Shown: positions 33,170 through 44,198 of the stretch, in pieces | Layout of the letters: the number at the start of each line of letters is the position of its first letter | Numbering within the stretch: position 1 is the stretch's first letter | Assembly: GCA_002269645.1 (NCBI GenBank) | Contig: NIVC01002847.1 | Location: 71,733-135,732, forward strand | From: Macrostomum lignano | Taxonomy: Eukaryota | DNA length: 64,000 nucleotides | Direction of reading: 5' to 3' | Notes under the pieces: generated by a model | What the model was told of the DNA's origin: nothing | What the model saw: only the letters and a program-made list of their open reading frames with translations | The model's database searches: none | Translations under genes and position numbers: made by a program

Positions 33170-33466
33170 GGGTTGTAGCATAGTGTTCAGACCATTAGAC
33201 TTGTGACTTAAAGGTCAAGGGTTTGATTCCCAATCCCATTGGAACTATTTGAGTCCTTGAGCAAGACACTCAACTCTGCATTGCTTCAGTTCACCCAGCT
33301 GTAGAATGGGTGCCAGCATTAGCTGGAGTAATAAGGGTGTATGATGACCTAGTCCTTAGGCTTAACAGCCATATATTGCCTTTAAAAGCACTGCACAATA
33401 GCTGCAGATGAGGTATTGGCTACACATCTGGCCAAGTTGGGGCTGGTGTAATCAATAATTATTATA
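33170..33466 (+). mobile_element. CORE-like SINE, copy B (CpG-stripped)
   Basis: Aligns end to end with copies A and C; (ATT)n-like tail; contains no CpG. Confidence 0.85.
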
Positions 33467-34324
33467 AATTTTAGAACTTTAGCACTTTATTAAGCACAGA
33501 ACTTGCAGTATAAAATAGGCTGAAAAAAGGTGATAGAATGATTCATAGGCATTTTTTCATAAATTTGGTTTGTCTTAATTTTTTAAATTTAACAATTTTA
33601 TTTGTTTTAATTTAGTATGTTTATTTATTTACATACTTTTACTGAAATGTTTGATACTTAACTCATATTCACAATATCCAGCCCAGGGTGCCAAGGTAGG
33701 CATGTCACAAAATTAACTAAACCAGCATTAAACTGTTGCAAAAAAGCTCTTTAGATACAAATATGCTACATTTTTCTAGTAAACCGTGTCTACCAGCTAT
33801 ATAAAATTAAAGAGATTGTGCAGATATAATTAAAATGCTTTTAAACTGTATGAAACTGTCTTTATCATGAAGAGAATGACACTCACCTATTGAGAGCACT
33901 CAGATTTAAAGATTTAAGCACTTTTTAAATGATCGTTAAATAATTATATGATATGTATCTAATAAAATTAATGATCCAACTTAATAAAGCAACTGTTATA
34001 TCACTAAATGATTGCAGCTTTAATGATTTCTGTGCACCAAATTTGCTGTTGAAGTCAATATTGGCTATCAGAAAACTAATACACCTGCACTGGTAAGAAT
34101 CTATTCAAGCTCTGTAACTGTGTTTTTGCTTAAATCTATCGTAACAGAAAGGACAAATTGTTTCACTGTTGAGCATGTGTAGGTCATTTTATAAATTCAG
34201 TATTTGTAAAAATCAATTAATCCTGTCTGTAGTAAATTATATTAAATGCAGTGATCCTCTCTGGGACTGGGTTGCTGCTATGGGTAAACAAACCGATGCT
34301 GCAGTATTTCCGATAAGTACTATG

Positions 34325-35520
34325 AATAATTCTTGTACAGATGAGCAGTTCTTGTGCAGATGAGTAATTCTTGTACAGATGAGCAGTTCTTGTACAGATA
34401 AGCAGTTCTTGTGCAGATGAGCAGTTCTTGTGCAGATGAGTAGTTCTTGTACAGATGAGTAGTTCTTGTACAGTTGTGTAGTTCTTGTACAGATGAGTAA
34501 TTCTTGTACAGTTGTGTAGTTCTTGTACAGATAAGTAATTCTTGTACAGTTGTGTAGTTCTTGTACAGATGAGCAGTTCTTGTACAGTTTTGTAGTTCTT
34601 GTACAGATGAGTAATTCTTGTAGAGATGAGTAGTTCTTGCTTGTACAGCTGAGTACTTCTTTTACAGATGAGTAGTTTTTGTACAGAGGAGTAATTCTTG
34701 TACAGATAAGTAGTTCTTGTACAGATGAGTAATTCTTGTACAGATGAGTAATTCTTGTAGAGATGAGTAGTTCTTGCTTGTACAGCTGAGTACTTCTTTT
34801 ACAGATGAGTAATTCTTGTACAGTTGTGTAGTTGTTGTACAGATGAGCAGTTCTTGTACAGTTGTGTAGTTCTTGTACAGATAAGTAATTCTTGTAGAGA
34901 TGAGTAGTTCTTGCTTGTACAGCTGAGTACTTCATTTACAGATGAGTAGTTCTTGTACGGATAGTAGTTTTTGTACAGAGGAATAATTCTTGTAGAGATG
35001 AGTAGTTCTTGTACAGTTGTGTAGTTCTTGTACAGATGAGTAATTCTTGTACAGTTGTGTAGTTGTTGTACACATGAGCAGTTCTTGTACAGTTGTGTAG
35101 TTCTTGTACAGATAAGTAATTCTTGTAGAGATGAGTAGTTCTTGCTTGTACAGCTGAGTACTTCATTTACAGATGAGTAGTTCTTGTACGGATAGTAGTT
35201 TTTGTACAGAGGAGTAATTCTTGTACAGATGAGTAGTTCTTGTACAGATGAGTAATTCTTGTAGAGATGAGTAGTTCTTGCTTGTACAGCTGAGTACTTC
35301 TTTTACAGATGAGTAATTCTTGTACAGATAGTAGTTTTTGTACAGGAGTAATTCTTGTACAGATAAGTAGTTCTTGTACAGATGAGTAATTCTTGTACAG
35401 ATGAAGAGTTATTGTACAGATGTCTAGTTCTTGTACAGATTTCTAGTTTTTGTGCAGATGTCTAGTTCTTGTACAGATTTATAGTTCTTGTACAGATGGG
35501 TAGTTCTTGTACAGATGGGT
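34325..35520. repeat. 19-bp minisatellite (GTAGTTCTTGTACAGATGA)
   Basis: Tandem array of about 60 units with internal block duplications; source of the 19-aa periodic THLYKNYSS ORFs. Confidence 0.95.
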
Positions 35521-36344
35521 GTGTACATTGCCCTAACATGTCTGGCATGTGTGACCATCTGCCTGTGTACAAATATGTAATGTGCATCTCCTGACTGTCT
35601 GCATATACTTCAGTGTATATGCAATCGCTTTATAACATTTCCTGACTACGAGTACTGGCCTTTCTACTGCTTTTACTAGTTCGCTTCGCTTCAGCCTCTG
35701 ACCCGCCGTTGTCTGCACTGGCCCCTGTGTCTGTTAAGCAGTTGTAAATTATAATTCATATGTAGCGCCACCCGCCCTTGCCTCATCTTGGCTTCAAGCC
35801 TATATCAGGCGCTTGGATTTCACTTGGATTCCGCTGGTACCCCGGGCGCTTGTGGGGCTTGAAATTTTTCTTTCCTTCTTTTTTATTGCTCCAAATCCGC
35901 GCGCTGTTGGCATTGCCGCGCAGTTTTCCTGCTCTAAGTATTGATGATAAGTATCGTATGCTATATATTATATTTTATTTATAAATCAGAAACATATGTG
36001 CGCAGTATTCACTGACTGCGCGGTAGACCCCTACCACCCCCCCCCCCTCTACTTTATGGTTATTTCTGACTAGTTTTATCAAAATAATAGTAAATTCTGA
36101 TTTTTCTACTGTTCACTTCTGTTGTGGATGAATATGGCATTGTGCTGCATATTTAATTAGGGTTCTGATCTCCTTTGAATCTTGTATGCTTGCTATAAAT
36201 TATCTAATTCTATTCATTAGTATGTATGGGCTATGAGCTTTAATGTTGATGCGGCTGATGACAGTATAGAAATTATGCATGAATGCGGTGAACCTCTCTG
36301 GGACTGTGTTGCTGCATATACCGATGAGTATTTCCGATGAGTAC

Positions 36345-36635
36345 TATGAGTAATTATTGTAGAAATAAGTAGTTCTTGTACAGATGAGAGCAGTTCCTGT
36401 ACAGATAAGTAGTTCTCGTAAGATGAGTAGTTCTTGTACAGATGAGTAGTTCTTGTACAGATGAGTAGTTCTTGTACAGATGAGTAGTTCTTGTACAGAT
36501 GAGTAGTTTTCGTAAGATGAGTAGTTCTTGTACAGACAAGTTGTTCTTGTACAGACAAGTAGTTCTTGTACAGATGAGAACAGTTCTCGTACAGATGCAT
36601 GCAATTCTTGTACAGATGAGAGCAGCTCTTGTACA
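36345..36635. repeat. Second array of the same 19-bp minisatellite
   Basis: Same monomer, preceded by the same unique flank (ATGC.GTGA.CCTCTCTGGGACTG.GTTGCTGC). Confidence 0.9.
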
Positions 36636-36821
36636 AATTAAAGTAATTATTGACAGATGCAAGAAACTCGTGCACATATACATACAATTTTACGAATAAG
36701 TAGTTAATGTTAGCAAGTAGATATTTTTATAGTACAGATTTAAGTTATTGCATTAACAAGCAGTATGAGTATCTAATAAATAATTTTTGTTTTATTATTG
36801 TATACGTAAATTTATGATTTA

Positions 36822-37497
36822 TCTCTACATATAAAAATCAAAACTCTGTGTGTGTGTGTGTGTGTCTGTCTGTGTGTGGACAATTTTGATCGCTATGGAC
36901 TCCCAAACCGCTCAACCAAATGACACCAAACTTTACACCCACCCTAAACATACTACGGAGAATGTCTTAGGCTACCTTTAAATTTCCTAAACTCAAGTCT
37001 TCCTACCTAAAAGTACAAAAAACTGCTCAAAATACGCGATTTTTTCACTAAATCCTCCATAGCGCCGCTCCACTTCTACCGATTCTCTTCAAATTTGACA
37101 CAGACAATCTTCAACTATTTTGGCACAATCGTGTAAAGTTTCGAATCTCAAAGTTAATCTCTACATATAAAAATCAAAACTCTGTGTGTGTGTGTGTGTG
37201 TCTGTCTGTCTGTGTGTGGACAATTTTGATCGCTATGGACTCCCAAACCGCTCAACCAAATGACACCAAACTTTACACCCACCCTAAACATACTACGGAG
37301 AATGTCTTAGGCTACCTTTAAATTTCCTAAACTCAAGTCTTCCTACCTAAAAGTACAAAAAACTGCTCAAAATACGCGATTTTTTCACTAAATCCTCCAT
37401 AGCGCCGCTCCACTTTTACCGATTCTCTTCAAATTTGACACAGACAATCTTCAACTATTTTGGCACAATCGTGTAAAGTTTCGAATCTCAAAGTTAA
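36822..37497 (+). mobile_element. Tandemly duplicated Helitron-like 5' segment (336 + 340 bp)
   Basis: 36822-37157 and 37158-37497 are near-identical; each begins A|TCTCTACATATAAAAA + (GT)n/CTGT microsatellite + CAACCAAATGACACCAAACTT. Confidence 0.75.
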
Positions 37498-38384
37498 TCC
37501 TGAACGGCGCTGTGCACTTTTAAAGTTAGGCTGTTTTTTTCAGCGTAGCAACCACCCCAACCTCCGCCCGCCTGCCTCTCTTTCCCGATACCGATCTGGG
37601 CCCAGATGTGTAAAAGGGTTTCAAAATTGACTAACTTTCAGCTGCCATAAGTTTGCTCCATGTAAAGCGATTGACTTCAAACTTGACACAATTCTTCATT
37701 GACTCATTCTCTGTCTAAATTTAAAGTTTCAACTCTCTAACTCAATCAGAACAGAAACTGTAAACATGTGAAGTTTGTCTGCTTTTTCTGTTGTTTGTGC
37801 CACTCACTCACTCATTCCCCCAGAGCCAGACGAAGGGTCAGGCGATAGGGCTCAATGTAAATAGCGAGTGTACAGTGTTTTGGAATAACTTTTTAATAGC
37901 CTTCTCTGTACCCCCGCGAGTGGAGAGGCGTGGAGAGGAGAGAGTTTAGCGAGAGATTCAAACTTACTGTCCTCTGTATAGACAAGTCTGCAGCAGTTAA
38001 ACAAGGATGGCAAATCAAGGCGATGTGGCATGGTTTGTAAAAATATCGAAAAATTAATGAATAACTGATTACAATGCAATCCTACACCATGAAAATTTTA
38101 ACATTAAGATTCGCATAAGGTACTTTAAAATTTAAATGGCCTCCTAAGAAATGCGTATTTCCATGGTTGTTAGACTGCTGCAGACTGTTGTGGTGGAGCT
38201 GAAAATATACAAATTCCTCTCAGGGCTGCTAATTGACCAGAAAAATGACGTGATTAAAGCATGAGAAATGATAACAACCATGATAGTACTATGTCCCACA
38301 AACTGGCTTTCGAAGCAGGGATCGGCAGATTTTTTACGTCAAAGGCCAGATAAAGAATCAAGCTCATGGCTGCGGGCCATATGA

Positions 38385-39328
38385 GAATGAAAAGGAGAAG
38401 GAATAGACTATTAGAAAGAGCGGAGGGGCGAGAGGAGGATCAGAGAAAAGATAGAAAATAATAAGAGAGACGAGGGGGTGAGGAGAAAGCAGAGAATATG
38501 GGAGGAAGAAGCGAAAGGAGGGATAGAGGAGGGAGAGGAAAGAGTAGAGGTGAGAAGAGGGAAAAAGAAGAGTTAAGAGATGAGACAGAATCGATGAGAG
38601 AGGAGGGTAGAAAAGAGTAAGAAGAGAGTAGAGATGAGTAGACATGAGAGAACAGAGAGGAGATGAGAGAGGAGGGTAGAGAAGAGAGTAGAGATAAGTA
38701 GACAAGAGAGAACAGAGAGGAGATGAGAGAAAATTGAGAGGAGCGATTAGAAAGGATAGAGAAGAGAGGAGATAAGAGGGGGAGAGAGGAGTGAGAAGAG
38801 AGGAGAGAGATGAGATCGAGTTGCGAAAGAAGAGAGGAGAAAGGAGAGATGATTGAGTAAAGGGAAGAGGAGGATAGAGGAAAGAGATGAGAGAGATGAA
38901 AGGAAAGCTGAAAGAGTAGAGATGAAAGATGAAGGAAGAGAGAGCAGAGTGCAAAGACGAGAGAAGAGAATAGAGGGAGAGAGTAGAGGAGAGGGAAGAG
39001 AAGTAAGGAAAGAGAGGAGTCAGAAGAGGGGAAAGAGAAGACTACACCGGAGAGAACATATAAGAGTAAAGATGACAGATGAGAGAAAGGAGATGAGAGA
39101 GCAGAAACGAGAGTGAACAGATGAGAGATGGGAGAGTAGAGAGAAAAGAGGAGAGATAGATAAGAAATGAGGTGAGAGGTGGAGACAAGGGAGAGATGAG
39201 AAGTGAGTGAGGAGAGAGGAGGGAAGGGAAGAGAATCGAGAGGACAGGGGAAATTGGTGGAAAGGACGAGAGAGGAGAGGAAAGAGGGGAGAGATTAGAA
39301 AGAAGAGAGATGGGACAGGACAGGACAG

Positions 39329-39401
<73 letters not shown>

Positions 39402-39900
39402 AGAGGAGAGAAAGCAGAGAGAAATGAGAAAAGATAAGAGAGAGAAGATAAAATAAGGCGAGAGAGACGAGAGGTGAGGGAAGAGATAAGAGGAGAGAGT
39501 GGGCAGAAGAGGAGAGAGTGGGCAGAAGAGGAGAGAGTGGGCAGAAGAGGAGAGAGTGGGCAGAAGAGGAGAGAGTTTAGAGAAGAGAAGAAAGGAAAAA
39601 GGAGAGAGGAGAGATGAGGGAAGTGTTGAGAGAGGGTAGAGTAAGGAGTGAGAAGAGGGGAGAGGGAAGAGAGAGTAGAGAGCAGAGAGAAATGAGAAGA
39701 GATTAAAAAAGAGAAAGGAGATCAGAGATCAGAGACCAGAAAGAAGAGAGGAGAGGCCAGGAGAGAGAAAGAGAGAAGAGAGGAGAGGCCAGGAGAGAGA
39801 AAGAGAGAAGAGAGGAGAGGCTAAGAGAGAGAAAAGAATAGAGGAGAGAGGGGAGACGAGAGACGAGAGAGAAGATAGGAAACAGAAGAGAAGATACTGT
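38385..39900 (+). repeat. Purine-rich (GA) low-complexity tract including (GA)n at about 39331-39397 and short 19-bp tandem units at about 39487-39575
   Basis: Nearly pure A/G on the plus strand. Confidence 0.95.
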
Positions 39901-40803
39901 AGAAGTTTCAAAGGATCCAAGGGACATATGGAGAGGCAGAGACCAGAGTTTGCCTGACATTCTGCGCAGCACCCCAGCCAACAATATAAATGTTTGCCTC
40001 AAATCCTAATTTTACATGAATGTACTCTATTTTATGTTTAACTCTGTCCTAACTATAAACAAGTTTTTGTTTGAGTTTGACCTCAGATTTTAAAATACAT
40101 GCAAAAATAATTCTGGGGAATGGAGTTCCCCGGGTTCAAAATCCGCGGGTTTCAACAGCTTGTACTTCATGTTAAAAAGTTAGTTATACTTATCATATAT
40201 ATGAAAAAACACACCCTTGAAATACTACTGACTCCTCTGGCAATCAGTAGAAATACGCGCGTATTAATATTAAAACTTACTCGCCTGTATATATATGCAT
40301 ATATTTGTACTTCAGCCGCAGAGAGTAAAATGATTTGATGTATTAGTTAAGTATTTTTCTAATACAAATTATCGTTAATTTTTTTTTTTGAAAAATCAAG
40401 CTCCGACTTCAAGCGAGGTTTTTTGCTACAGCTGGTGTAGTCTGCAGGCTGAAAGCAGAAGAAGGATCGCCATTTAGGTACATTTGTCCCCGTCAGTTGG
40501 CTCGCTTGGTTTAGGCTGGGACTGTGAGCGCGAATTCCATGCAAAGACATTTGAAGCCATCCATAAAAGATAATAAAGCTGAGCATTAACAAATAAAAGA
40601 GCCGAGCATTAACAAAAAATGCATTTATATGAATCTGTGAATGCAACAGAAAATCTTTTTTGTGCGTGGGCGCGTCGGTTTTTAGGCTTCCTCTTACTCG
40701 CGGGTCTTCTGAGATCGGCGACGCCCCAGATTTTTTCTATTTCTAAGTCTGAAAAGTGCGCAGAAGGAAGGCGAAGGAGGGAAGGTGGCTCTCTTGCTTG
40801 CTG

Positions 40804-42703
40804 GTGCCATTTCATTTTGATTTTGATGATGCGTGTGCCATTTCATTTTGATTTTGATGATGCGTGTGCCATTTCATTTTGATGATGCGTGTGCCATTTC
40901 ATTTTGATGATGCGTGTGCCATTTCATTTTGATGATGCGTGTGCCATTTCATTTTGATAATGCGTGTGCCATTTCATTTTGATAATGCGTGTGCCATTTC
41001 ATTTTGATGATGCGTGTGCCATTTCATTTTGATGATGCGTGTGCCATTTCATTTTGATGATGCGTGTGCCATTTCATTTTGATGATGCGTGTGCCATTTC
41101 ATTTTGATAATGCGTGTGCCATTTCATTTTGATGATGCGTGTGCCATTTCATTTTGATGATGCGTGTGCCATTTCATTTTGATGATGCGTGTGCCATTTC
41201 ATTTTGATGATGCGTGTGCCATTTCATTTTGATGATGCGTGTGCCATTTCATTTTGATAATGCGTGTGCCATTTCATTTTGATGATGCGTGTGCCATTTC
41301 ATTTTGATGATGCGTGTGCCATTTCATTTTGATGATGCGTGTGCCATTTCATTTTGATAATGCGTGTGCCATTTCATTTTGATAATGCGTGTGCCATTTC
41401 ATTTTGATGATGCGTGTGCCATTTCATTTTGATGATGCGTGTGCCATTTCATTTTGATGATGCGTGTGCCATTTCATTTTGATGATGCGTGTGCCATTTC
41501 ATTTTGATGATGCGTGTGCCATTTCATTTTGATGATGCGTGTGCCATTTTATTTTGATGATGCGTGTGCCATTTCATTTTGATGATGCGTGTGCCATTTC
41601 ATTTTGATGATGCGTGTGCCATTTTATTTTGATGATGCGTGTGCCATTTCATTTTGATAATGCGTGTGCCATTTCATTTTGATAATGCGTGTGCCATTTC
41701 ATTTTGATGATGCGTGTGCCATTTCATTTTGATAATGCGTGTGCCATTTCATTTTGATGATGCGTGTGCCATTTCATTTTGATAATGCGTGTGCCATTTC
41801 ATTTTGATAATGCGTGTGCCATTTCATTTTGATAATGCGTGTGCCATTTCATTTTGATAATGCGTGTGCCATTTCATTTTGATGATGCGTGTGCCATTTC
41901 ATTTTGATGATGCGTGTGCCATTTCATTTTGATGATGCGTGTGCCATTTCATTTTGATAATGCGTGTGCCATTTCATTTTGATGATGCGTGTGCCATTTC
42001 ATTTTGATGATGCGTGTGCCATTTCATTTTGATGATGCGTGTGCCATTTCATTTTGATGATGCGTGTGCCATTTCATTTTGATGATGCGTGTGCCATTTC
42101 ATTTTGATGATGCGTGTGCCATTTCATTTTGATAATGCGTGTGCCATTTCATTTTGATGATGCGTGTGCCATTTCATTTTGATAATGCGTGTGCCATTTT
42201 ATTTTGATAATGCGTGTGCCATTTCATTTTGATAATGCGTGTGCCATTTCATTTTGATAATGCGTGTGCCATTTCATTTTGATGATGCGTGTGCCATTTC
42301 ATTTTGATGATGCGTGTGCCATTTTATTTTGATGATGCGTGTGCCATTTCATTTTGATAATGCGTGTGCCATTTCATTTTGATAATGCGTGTGCCATTTC
42401 ATTTTGATAATGCGTGTGCCATTTCATTTTGATGATGCGTGTGCCATTTCATTTTGATGATGCGTGTGCCATTTCATTTTGATGATGCGTGTGCCATTTC
42501 ATTTTGATAATGCGTGTGCCGTTTCTTTTTATGATGCGTGTGCCATTTCATTTTGATGATGCGTGTGCCATTTCATTTTTATGATGCGTGTGCCATTTCA
42601 TTTTGATAATGCGTGTGCCATTTCATTTTGATAATGCGTGTGCCATTTCATTTTGATAATGCGTGTGCCATTTCATTTTGATAATGCGTGTGCCATTTTA
42701 TTT
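40804..42703. repeat. 25-bp minisatellite (GTGCCATTTCATTTTGAT[G/A]ATGCGT), about 75 units
   Basis: Highly homogeneous tandem array with one main variable position. Confidence 0.97.
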
Positions 42704-43002
42704 AAGAATCTCCATTCATCATCAAACTGCTGTGTAGCAGAAGCAGGTTTGCTAGAAAAAACCAACTGTTTGGTTTGAAAGATTAGGCTCAGCATTAATC
42801 TTTCTGATTGTCATAAAGCAAGCATTTTATACTCTTATTTTGCATCCGTATCACTGAATAAGCTTTTAACTCACGCGACAGGTATAGGAAAGAAATGCAG
42901 TTTGATGTATAAATCCTGTGATCGCACGAATCCGGCTTCATTGATTTCATGGTCTTTCAAAGTTGTTTTACTTTAACACGTGTGACAAGTGTTAAGGGTG
43001 AA

Positions 43003-43386
43003 AGAGGCTCCCTACCGAAGGTTTGTTGGTAGAAGAGGCTCCCTACCGAAGGTTTGTTGGTAGAAGAGGCTCCCTACCGAAGGTTTGTTGGTAGAAGAGG
43101 CTCCCTACTGAAGGTTTGTTGGTAGAAGAGGCTCCCTACCGAATGTTTGGTAGAAGAGGCTCCCTACCGAAGGTTTGTTGGTAGAAGAGGCTCCCTACTG
43201 AAGGTTTGTTGGTAGAAGAGGCTCCCTACCGAATGTTTGTTGGTAGAAGAGGCTCCCTACTGAAGGTTTGTTGGTAGAAGAGGCTCCCTACCGAATGTTT
43301 GTTGGTAGAAGAGGCTCCCTACCGAAGGTTTGTTGGTAGAAGAGGCTCCGTATTGAAGGACAGATACGGCAGAAGAAGCTCCCTAC
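43003..43386. repeat. 31-bp minisatellite (AGAGGCTCCCTACCGAAGGTTTGTTGGTAGA), about 11 units
   Basis: Tandem array; each unit has an internal CTACC/GGTAG inverted repeat. Confidence 0.95.
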
Positions 43387-43925
43387 GAGCATACTGACAG
43401 GGCAAAGCAGTTTTAAACAGACGGCATGTAAATTGTTTAAGTGTTAATTAAAAAAAATTTTTATGCTTTTATACCCTTCTACCCTCGATATCCAGCAGCC
43501 CGCGTCTTTACTGTGGGCTCCTGACGGTCCTTATCTTTCTAATCAATATGTTTATTTCTTAGCCTGGAGCAGCTGGGCAGGGTAAGGGGGTTAAACATGA
43601 ATATTCCCAGTGGATATTTTCAAAATCATCAATTGGGAATCAAGGCTAGGGATAAGGAATGAGGTTAGTTTTTGTTGAGAGGGCCGACGAAAAATGATCA
43701 AGAAGAGATTCTTGTTGTTGTTGACCTGTGCTGTCTTAAGCAAAGAGTATAACTTAAACCCGAGAAACAGTCTGATCACCTTGCATTGCGATTGGTTAGT
43801 CGGGCTGATTCGTCAGTACTTCTTTCCTTACCCTCCCCTCCACTCTCCTTTCCTTTTTCCGTTCCGTTCTCGTCAATATCGGATAAGCAGTTGTGTGCAG
43901 TGTGTGTTATCATCAATTATCTGAG

Positions 43926-44198
43926 ATGCTGAGCGAACCGGACGATCTGGGCAAAGCGGAATCAACTACGGCCTCGGTGCAGTCCTTGCGCAGCGGCAGC
44001 ACCAGCGAAGGCGCCGAGTTTAGCGCCGCAGATGCGGACGACTCGTCCGCGCAACAGCAGCTTTCGGAGCAGTTGTCGAATATTCGAGCTGCTCGGCAAC
44101 AACAGCAGCAGCAGCAGCAGCCTCAAGTCTTGAAGCCGCGTCAGCGTAGCAACGCCATTTCGGCTAGCTCAATGCAGCTGTATCTGAAGCATTACAAG
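43926..44198 (+). CDS. Candidate first coding exon of the receptor (MLSEPDD...LKHYK, 91 codons, phase 0)
   Basis: GC-rich S/A/Q-rich coding-like island in AT-rich DNA, ending AAG|GTAGCC. Could belong to a different gene. Confidence 0.55.

Noticed and set aside
35670-35710. Minus-strand Helitron 3' end (...GAAGCGAACTAG|T)
   Set aside because: The hairpin is only about 4 bp and no matching minus-strand 5' end was found.
34237-36687. ORFs with THLYKNYSS repeats
   Set aside because: Artefacts of a 19-bp satellite that lacks stops in some frames; no domain content.
38364-40002. Ser/Leu-rich and Arg/Glu-rich ORFs
   Set aside because: Low-complexity GA/CT sequence.
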